DNA of 41,700 bases from Verrucomicrobiota bacterium (GTDB taxonomy: Bacteria > Verrucomicrobiota > Verrucomicrobiia > Limisphaerales > SIBH01), in contig JBBQYK010000002.1 in assembly GCA_038208765.1 (NCBI GenBank), forward strand, positions 1 through 41,700, in the 5' to 3' direction. The first letter of the stretch is position 1. Each line of letters starts with the position of its first letter. The notes under the pieces were generated by a model. The model was not told where the DNA came from. It made no database searches and saw only the letters and a list, made by a program, of their open reading frames with translations. Below, piece by piece: positions 35,842 to 41,700 of this stretch. Made by a program: the position numbers and the translations under genes.

Positions 35842-35897
35842 CGTAAGAGCGCTTTCAACACGCCCCCGGTGGGGCGTGCGTCAAGCGCTGTCTTACG
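35842..35897. promoter_or_regulatory. three-tier 21-bp hairpin upstream of the helicase-methylase operon
   Basis: CGTAAGA/TCTTACG, GCGCTT/AAGCGC, CACGCCCC/GGGGCGTG with loop CGGT. Flanked by CCTAGG at 35828-35833 and 35911-35916. Confidence 0.5.
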
Positions 35898-36088
35898 AGT
35901 GTCGAAAATTCCTAGGTTTCGAGAAGGACAGCAGCCGAAGCTACGCGAATTGGTTTTGGTTAAATTGTTTCTGGTCTTTGTTTTTCGGAACGCAGCGAGA
36001 GTAGCGGGCGGCGAAGGGCTGGCAAGCGGAAGGCTTGGAACGGGTGGGATTAGAAGTGGCGGGCAGGAAAGTTGAGCGCGCAGGCCGG

Positions 36089-36188
36089 TCTCCCTCCCCA
36101 TGAATCTTCCCACAGATTCAGAGCGACCACGGAGCAGAAAGACATCCGTGGTCTTTCTGAATCCGTGGGAAAGACTTTGGTTCATGGG
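36089..36188. repeat. palindromic repeat element R1 (about 100 bp, imperfect inverted repeat)
   Basis: CCCATGAA(36097-36104)...TTCATGGG(36181-36188). The inner arms CCCACAGATTCAGAGCGACCACGG / CCGTGGTCTTTCTGAATCCGTGGG are partly complementary. The first 42 nt match R2 at 37/42. Confidence 0.8.
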
Positions 36189-36262
36189 AAGGCCGGTGAC
36201 GGTGGGAAGGTGGCGAGACTCCCGCCTGACGGAGATCGCCAGACGCACCACCCCTCACCCTG

Positions 36263-36290
36263 AATCCCTCTCCCCGTTGAGGGGAGAGGG
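36263..36290. repeat. GC-rich hairpin CCCTCTCCCC-GTTG-AGGGGAGAGGG
   Basis: Read directly. Translates as ...SPLRGEG..., a pattern I associate with REP-like palindromes that produce spurious ORFs. Confidence 0.6.
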
Positions 36291-36391
36291 AAGCTGGATG
36301 AGGCATCCGCCACTGCCAATCGCACCCGCGCTGCCCACGACGATTACCCGCGGCTTGTCTCGGCAGGGGCGGATGCCCTACTTGTTGGCCC

Positions 36392-37273
36392 ATGATTATC
36401 ACTGGCATTGGCGACGAGGCGGCGAACGGCATCGATGGACAAATCCGCGCGCATCAGGCGCTCGGGTGGAAGACCATCGAGATGCGCGGCGTGGAGGTGC
36501 CGGGGTTTGCGAAGGCGAACTTCCACGAGATTCCCGACGCGGCGTTCGACATCGCGGCGGGCAAGTTGCAGGACGCGGGGATCAGCGTGCTGTGCTTTGG
36601 CTCCACGATCATGAACTGGCAGAAGACGGTGGCGACGCCGTTCGATGTGACGCTGGGCGAAGTGAAGCGGTGCATTCCACGGATGCAGAAGCTCGGGACA
36701 AAGTTCGTGCGCGTGATGAGCTTCAAGCCGGGCGATGACGAGGCGGCGATTCCCGCCGAAGTTTTTTCGCGCGTGCGCGAGGTCACGAAGATGTTTCTCG
36801 ATGCGGGTCTCCAGCCGGTTCACGAGAACTGCATGAACTACGGCGGTATGAGCTGGCAGCACGCGCTGGAACTGCTCGATCAAGCGCCGGGACTCAAGTG
36901 GGTTTTCGACACGGCGAATCCGGTGTTCAACGCGGACCGCTCGAAGCCCAAGCCGTGGGCAAAGCAAGACGCCTTGGAGTTCTACACGCATGTGAAGCCG
37001 CACACCGTTCACGTCCACATCAAGGACGCCCGCTGGAATCCGGCGAAGAACGACGCCGACTATACGATGCCCGGCGAGGGCAGCGGCTACGTGCGCGAAT
37101 TGATCAAAGATTTGCTGGCGAGCGGCTATGACGGCGCGTTCTCCATCGAGCCACACATCGCGGTGGTCTTCCACGACGCGGCGGTCACGTCGTCCGCAGA
37201 ACAGCAGTTCCAGAGCTACGTGGATTACGGGCGGGCGCTGGAGAAGTTGATTGCCGGAGTGCGTGCGGCGTGA
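36392..37273 (+). CDS. sugar phosphate isomerase/epimerase (xylose isomerase-like TIM barrel)
   Basis: MIITGIGDEAANGIDGQIRAHQALGWKTIEMRGVEV is a typical family N-terminus. Also VHENCMNYG, VHVHIKDA, FSIEPH. Confidence 0.8.
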   Translation: MIITGIGDEAANGIDGQIRAHQALGWKTIEMRGVEVPGFAKANFHEIPDAAFDIAAGKLQDAGISVLCFGSTIMNWQKTVATPFDVTLGEVKRCIPRMQKLGTKFVRVMSFKPGDDEAAIPAEVFSRVREVTKMFLDAGLQPVHENCMNYGGMSWQHALELLDQAPGLKWVFDTANPVFNADRSKPKPWAKQDALEFYTHVKPHTVHVHIKDARWNPAKNDADYTMPGEGSGYVRELIKDLLASGYDGAFSIEPHIAVVFHDAAVTSSAEQQFQSYVDYGRALEKLIAGVRAA

Positions 37274-37314
37274 CTTTCTCACGGGAAGGCCCCGTGGTCG
37301 CGCGGCGCTACGGT

Positions 37315-37393
37315 TCTCCCTCCCCATGAACTTTCCCACGGATTCAGAACGGCCACCGATGCTGCCTGATTCGTGGTCGCTCGGAATTTGTGG
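37315..37393. repeat. palindromic repeat element R2 (same family as R1)
   Basis: TCTCCCTCCCCATGAACTTTCCCACGGATTCAGAACGGCCAC (37315-37356) matches 36089-36130 at 37/42. The second arm TGATTCGTGGTCGCTCGGAATTTGTGG is partly complementary. Confidence 0.8.
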
Positions 37394-37448
37394 CCCCCCG
37401 GTTCTGCAACGACATCGGGGCTGCGCGCAACGCGGCCCGACTAGGACT

Positions 37449-37490
37449 CAAAATCAAAAACGCCCGGCCGGACTGATTCCAACCAGGCGT
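37449..37490 (-). terminator. candidate rho-independent terminator of yajC-secDF
   Basis: ACGCCCGG(37460-37467)/CCAGGCGT(37483-37490), 1 mismatch. On the minus strand it is followed by TTTTTGATTTTGAG. Lies 20 nt after the secDF stop. Confidence 0.5.
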
Positions 37491-37509
37491 CTGAAAATCT
37501 CGAACCGCG

Positions 37510-39993
37510 TTACACTTTCGCCGCCGCGACGCCATCCATCGTCACCACCTGGCTGGTCACGGGGCGCTGGCCTTTGTGCCACCAGAGCACCAGCGCGCTG
37601 GCGATGAAAATGGACGAGTAGGTGCCGGTGATGATGCCGATGAGGAAGGTGAAGGCGAAGTCGTTGATCGCGCCGCCGCCGAAGAGGTAGAGCGACATGG
37701 TGGCGAGGAACACCGTGCCGGAGGTGATGATGGTGCGGCTCAGGGTCTGGTTCAGCGCCTTGTTGATCAGCTCGCGGAAGGTGCCGCGCACGCCGAGCTT
37801 CAGGTCTTCACGGATGCGGTCAAAGATCACGATGGTGTCGTTGATGGAGAAGCCGATGATGGTCAGCACCGCCGCGATCATCGTCGAGTTCAGTTCACGC
37901 CCGGAGAGCGCATACCAGCCCACGGTCATGAGGATGTCGTGGAGAATGGCCACGATGGCACCGATGGCGAAGGAGAATTCATAACGGAAGGCGACATAGA
38001 TAAGGATGCCGAGCAGTGAAAACAGGAAGGCCAGCACGGCGCTCTTCATAATTTCGTCGCCCACGGACGCGCCGACGCGGTCGGTGCCTTCCAGCTTGAA
38101 GCCGGCCTGGGCAAACTGGCTGTTCAGTGTGGAGGTGATCTTGTCCGTGGAATCAAAGCCGGCGGTGATGCTCAGGGTTTCCTCGGTGCCGACGATGGCC
38201 TGCTTGTATTGAATCATGTGCTCACCGACGACGGGCTTGAGGGCGGCCGTGAGCTTGTCCTGATCGACGCGTTCCTTGAAGGAGTATTGCGCCTTGTCGC
38301 CGCCGAGGAATTCATGCCCGACCATGTGCTTGCCGCGGGAAATGCCGTAGCCCACGCCCACGATGATGACCAGCCAGGAGAGGATGAAGGCGGGCTTGGC
38401 CCATTTCATGAAGTCGAGGTTCGAGGACTTGATGAGTTGGAGCATGGGCAGGGACTTCATCCAGCCGAGGTTGATGAACGTGTCGAACACGAGGCGCGTG
38501 ACGACGAGCGAGGTGAACAAGCTGGCCGACACACCGATGGTCAGCGCAACGCCGAAGCCCTTGATGGTGCCGGTGCCGAGGTAAATCAGGATGACGGACG
38601 AAATCAACGTGGTGACGTGCGAGTCGAAGATGGTGCCAAAGGCCCGGCTGTAGCCCGCCGCGAGGGCACCGCGCAACGACTTGCCCCTGGCCATTTCCTC
38701 GCGGATGCGCTCGAAGATCAGGACGTTCGCATCGACCGCCATGCCGGCGGTGAGCAGGATGCCGGCGATGCCCGGCAGGGTGAGCGTGGTGTTGAAGGCG
38801 CACATCACGCCGAGCAGGATGACGAGGTTCAGGACGAGGGCGAAGTTCGCCACCAGCCCCGCCATCAAATAATAGACCAACATGAAGGCCGCCACGGCCA
38901 GCGTGCCCCAGAGGGCGGACTTGATGCCGCTCTCAATCGTGGACTCGCCCAGCGTCGGGTCCACGCGCTCTTCCTTGATGATGCTGACGGGGGCTTCGAG
39001 CGGGTTTTGCAGCGTGGCCGCGAGGTTGAAGGCTTCCTGCTCGCTGAAGTCACCGCTGATAGAGCCGCGTCCGCCGGCAATCGCGCCCTTGATATTCGGT
39101 GCGGAGTAGAGTTCTCCGTCGAGAATGATGGCCAGTTGGCGGCCCACGTTTTCGGTGGTCACGCGCTCAAAGACCAGCCCGCCGTCCGTGTCAAACGAGA
39201 AGAGGATTTCCGGCTTGTTGAAGGGGTCGCGGCCCACGCCGGCACCCGTCACGTTCTTGCCGTTCAGCCCGGGGATCGGCGTCTTGCTGACGACGTGGGG
39301 CGTAACCTGTTTCTCGCCATTGGGCAGGACGCGCTGTTCCTTCATCACTTCAAAGCCCGGCGGAATGATGCCCTGTTCGAGCAGGGAGCGGCTGTCCTGA
39401 TGCACGAGGCGGAATTCGAGGAACGCGGCCTTTTCCAAAGCCACGCGGACGTTGGCCATTTCCGCAGCCCCGAGGCCGGGCATCTGGATGATGATCTGGC
39501 GTTCACCCTGCTTCTGGATGAGCGGCTCGGCCACGCCGAACTTGTCCACGCGCTTGCGCAGGACTTCGATGGCGTTATCGAGCGCGACCTGTTCGGAGGC
39601 GTTGGTCGCGAGCTTGCCGGTTTCCATCTGCACGATGAACGAGGAGCCGCCCTGCAAGTCCAAGCCGAGCCGGACTTCGCCCGCGCCGCGCTTTTGGAGC
39701 ACGTTGAGAATGGCCGTCGTCGGCTCCTTTTCACCCTTCACGTCAATGGCGAAGTGGCGCGAGATGTCGTTGGTGCCCACGGCATCGCGGAGGTTTTTGT
39801 ACTCGCTCTGCGGATTGGCCGTCTGCAGCTCGGCGAACCGCACCATGATGTTCGAGTAAACGCCGTCGCGCTTGCCGATGTTTTCCTGAAAGACCTCGAT
39901 GAGCGGCCGGCTCTTGAGAGGCAACATTTCCGTCGCGGCCCAGCCGACGACGACAACGATGATCAGCAACTTCCAAAGGTGACTGCGATTCAT
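37510..39993 (-). CDS. secDF: protein translocase subunit SecDF (fused SecD-SecF)
   Basis: 827 aa. N-terminal TM span, a large periplasmic domain (LGLDLQGGSSF) and two 6-TM RND-like bundles (e.g. GIAGILLTAGMAVDANVLIFERIREE and INDTIVIFDRIRED). Confidence 0.92.
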   Translation of the reverse strand: MNRSHLWKLLIIVVVVGWAATEMLPLKSRPLIEVFQENIGKRDGVYSNIMVRFAELQTANPQSEYKNLRDAVGTNDISRHFAIDVKGEKEPTTAILNVLQKRGAGEVRLGLDLQGGSSFIVQMETGKLATNASEQVALDNAIEVLRKRVDKFGVAEPLIQKQGERQIIIQMPGLGAAEMANVRVALEKAAFLEFRLVHQDSRSLLEQGIIPPGFEVMKEQRVLPNGEKQVTPHVVSKTPIPGLNGKNVTGAGVGRDPFNKPEILFSFDTDGGLVFERVTTENVGRQLAIILDGELYSAPNIKGAIAGGRGSISGDFSEQEAFNLAATLQNPLEAPVSIIKEERVDPTLGESTIESGIKSALWGTLAVAAFMLVYYLMAGLVANFALVLNLVILLGVMCAFNTTLTLPGIAGILLTAGMAVDANVLIFERIREEMARGKSLRGALAAGYSRAFGTIFDSHVTTLISSVILIYLGTGTIKGFGVALTIGVSASLFTSLVVTRLVFDTFINLGWMKSLPMLQLIKSSNLDFMKWAKPAFILSWLVIIVGVGYGISRGKHMVGHEFLGGDKAQYSFKERVDQDKLTAALKPVVGEHMIQYKQAIVGTEETLSITAGFDSTDKITSTLNSQFAQAGFKLEGTDRVGASVGDEIMKSAVLAFLFSLLGILIYVAFRYEFSFAIGAIVAILHDILMTVGWYALSGRELNSTMIAAVLTIIGFSINDTIVIFDRIREDLKLGVRGTFRELINKALNQTLSRTIITSGTVFLATMSLYLFGGGAINDFAFTFLIGIITGTYSSIFIASALVLWWHKGQRPVTSQVVTMDGVAAAKV

Positions 39994-40002
39994 GGCAAGG
40001 AC

Positions 40003-40359
40003 TTAGTTTTGCGCGGCATCGGTGCCGGCTTTTTCGGTGATTTCGGAGATGGTGGACTTAAGGACTTCCAGCTTCGAGTCGGCAGAGCGGAGGGATACGG
40101 TCTTCTCCTTCACGCCAATGACGACGCCAACGATGCCGCTGGCGGTCAGGATTTTGTCGCCGGCCTTCAGGTTGCTCATCAGGTTGTTGAGCGCCTTCTG
40201 GCGGGTGCGCTGGGGGCGAATGACGATGAAATACATCATCAAGCCCATGATCGCGACCATGCCGACGAGTTTCATCATCTCGCCTTGGGGATTGGCCTGC
40301 GTGCCCGGCGCAGACGGCGGAGACATGGCCAGCAATGCAAAAAAGTGATCGATTATCAT
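40003..40359 (-). CDS. yajC: preprotein translocase subunit YajC
   Basis: Only the C-terminal 118 aa of the 281-aa ORF look real: a TM span followed by FIVIRPQRTRQKALNNLMSNLKAGDKILTASGIVGVV. ATG at 40359, alternative at 40326. Ends 9 nt before secDF. Confidence 0.85.
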   Translation of the reverse strand: MIIDHFFALLAMSPPSAPGTQANPQGEMMKLVGMVAIMGLMMYFIVIRPQRTRQKALNNLMSNLKAGDKILTASGIVGVVIGVKEKTVSLRSADSKLEVLKSTISEITEKAGTDAAQN

Positions 40360-40642
40360 ATTTTCCTGAACAAGAGCCGCTGAATTTACGGAGGAGCGTT
40401 TTTTAAGCAAGAAGGAGTTTGGGGGCGGAAAGGGGCGGGTGGCGGCCAGCCTCCGCACCAAACTCCTTCGGCGCGGCGCGCGGCTCTCCAGAGCCGCAGC
40501 GGCCACGACTGGTCCACACGCTGCGGTTCGGGAGAGCCGCGCGCCGATCCCGGTGCGGGGGTCAAGTTGTGCCCGGCCGCCGATTCTCATCGAAAAACTC
40601 CGCGCTCCCGCCGCCCATCCGTGCCATCCTCCGCGCCGTCCG

Positions 40643-41566
40643 ATGCAAAGCATTTTCACCGACCTTCTCGACGCGCTTGACGCGGGCGAACCTTTCGCGC
40701 TCGGAATCATCTCCGGCGTGAAAGGTTCCACTCCGCAGAAGCGCGGCGCGAAGGCGCTCTTCTTCGCCGACGGCCGCATCGTGGGCACGCTCGGCGGCGG
40801 CTGCCTCGAAGCCGAGGTGCGCGAACGCGCGCGGCAGGCGCTCCGCAAACAGCAGCCGGACGTCTTCGATCTCGTCCTCGATCACGACTTCGGCTGGGAC
40901 GATGGACTCATCTGCGGAGGAAAAGTTTCCGGGCTGATTCTCCCGCACGCTGCACAAGCCGGAGACATCTGGCGCGCCCTCGCACGCCGCGAGCTGGTGC
41001 AAACGTGGGGGGTGCGCAGCGACTTCTCCATCGCGTGGGCCGCTGCGGACGATGCCGCCTGGCTCTACCGCGAAACCGTCGCCCTGCCCTGCGCGCTCTG
41101 GATCGGCGGCTCCGGCCACGTCGCGCAAGCCGTCGCCCCGCTCGCGTTACAACTCGACTTCGCCGTGACCGTCTTCGACGACCGCCCCGCGCTCGCGAAC
41201 CACCAGCACTTCCCCGCCGCCACGCGCCTGCACGTGGACACCTGGGAAAAAATCCTGCGCGCTCCGCTGCCGCCCACACCCACCTTCGGCCTGATCGTCA
41301 CCCGTGGCCATCAGCACGACGCGCTGGTCCTGCGCGAGTGGATTCACCAGCCGTTCGCTTTCCTCGGCATGATTGGCAGCCGCCGCAAATGGCGCATCAT
41401 CTCCGAGCAGTTCCTTCAGGACGGACTCGCGACAGAAGAGGAACTGCGCCGGGTGGAATGCCCTGTGGGCCTGGACATTGCCGCCGTGAGCGTGAATGAA
41501 ATCGCCGTGAGCGTGGCCGCCCGCCTCGTGCAACGGCGCGCGGCGCTGATTAGAAGTGGCAGTTAG
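40643..41566 (+). CDS. XdhC/CoxI-family molybdoenzyme maturation (accessory) protein
   Basis: Trimmed to the ATG at 40643 (MQSIFTDLLDAL...). GSTPQKRGAKALFFADGRIVGTLGGGCLEAEV and the Rossmann-like LWIGGSGHVAQAVAPLA. Confidence 0.85.
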   Translation: MQSIFTDLLDALDAGEPFALGIISGVKGSTPQKRGAKALFFADGRIVGTLGGGCLEAEVRERARQALRKQQPDVFDLVLDHDFGWDDGLICGGKVSGLILPHAAQAGDIWRALARRELVQTWGVRSDFSIAWAAADDAAWLYRETVALPCALWIGGSGHVAQAVAPLALQLDFAVTVFDDRPALANHQHFPAATRLHVDTWEKILRAPLPPTPTFGLIVTRGHQHDALVLREWIHQPFAFLGMIGSRRKWRIISEQFLQDGLATEEELRRVECPVGLDIAAVSVNEIAVSVAARLVQRRAALIRSGS

Positions 41567-41700
41567 GAGCGCGGGCGTCCCGCCCGCCGAAAGGGAACCA
41601 GATGCCCTTTCAACCGGACCGCGTGGGGGCGGCGGAAAACCATCCGCGCGCTCCGGCGGGCGATACGCCCGCGCGCCAGCATGCGTGCCCGCCCGTTCTA

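Noticed and set aside
35842-35897. tRNA-like or attachment-site-like structure at the island junction
   Set aside because: It folds as a single extended hairpin, not a cloverleaf. It has no T-loop (GTTCRA) or anticodon-arm features.
38209-40383. 724-aa ORF on the plus strand
   Set aside because: It is antisense to secDF and yajC. It is a shadow ORF with a low-complexity Arg/Asp/Gly/Ala composition.
40360-40848. N-terminal 163-aa extension of the yajC ORF (281-aa ORF 40003-40848)
   Set aside because: The extension is Arg/Ala/Pro/Ser-rich with no YajC similarity. It overlaps the divergent xdhC-family gene start region. YajC proteins are about 100-120 aa.

Overview
High-GC bacterial chromosomal window. 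Hand counts give about 60-67% GC in housekeeping genes. All protein and motif calls were made by eye, with no database search. The gene style suggests a PVC-group, Verrucomicrobiota-like organism, but this is inference only: a b558-type sdhCAB operon, several Gfo/Idh/MocA and xylose-isomerase-like TIM-barrel genes, sialidase/BNR genes, and a roughly 965-aa secreted Ig-like protein. I support about 30 protein genes. No rRNA gene, tRNA gene, CRISPR array, integrase or transposase was found. Main blocks: (1) sialoglycan genes: a GH33 sialidase at 1-1125, and a BNR sialidase-like lipoprotein plus sialate O-acetylesterase at 7129-9773. (2) A minus-strand housekeeping operon prs-ctc-pth-rpsF-ssb-rplI at 3243-7042, which lacks rpsR. 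(3) sdhC-sdhA-[ORF6N gene]-sdhB at 10490-14713. (4) A large secreted Ig-like protein, a cNMP-binding protein, yajQ, an LRR protein, a YihY-family protein and recQ. (5) yajC-secDF and an xdhC-family gene at the right end. The standout is a compact minus-strand operon at 28108-35721 that sits between two sugar-metabolism genes. It encodes an N-terminal PLD(HKD) nuclease fused to an SNF2 helicase (1109 aa). Four bp downstream is a 1107-aa gamma-class N6-adenine DNA methyltransferase with its own, visibly AT-richer, specificity region. A DinD/RhuM-like gene follows. This gene content matches none of the canonical type I, II, IIG or III R-M systems, BREX or DISARM, so I flag it as the best candidate for an undescribed or poorly described defence module. 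The window also holds several short palindromic repeat families that bracket individual genes, and an ORF6N (KilA-N-related) gene wedged into the sdh operon behind twin palindromes.
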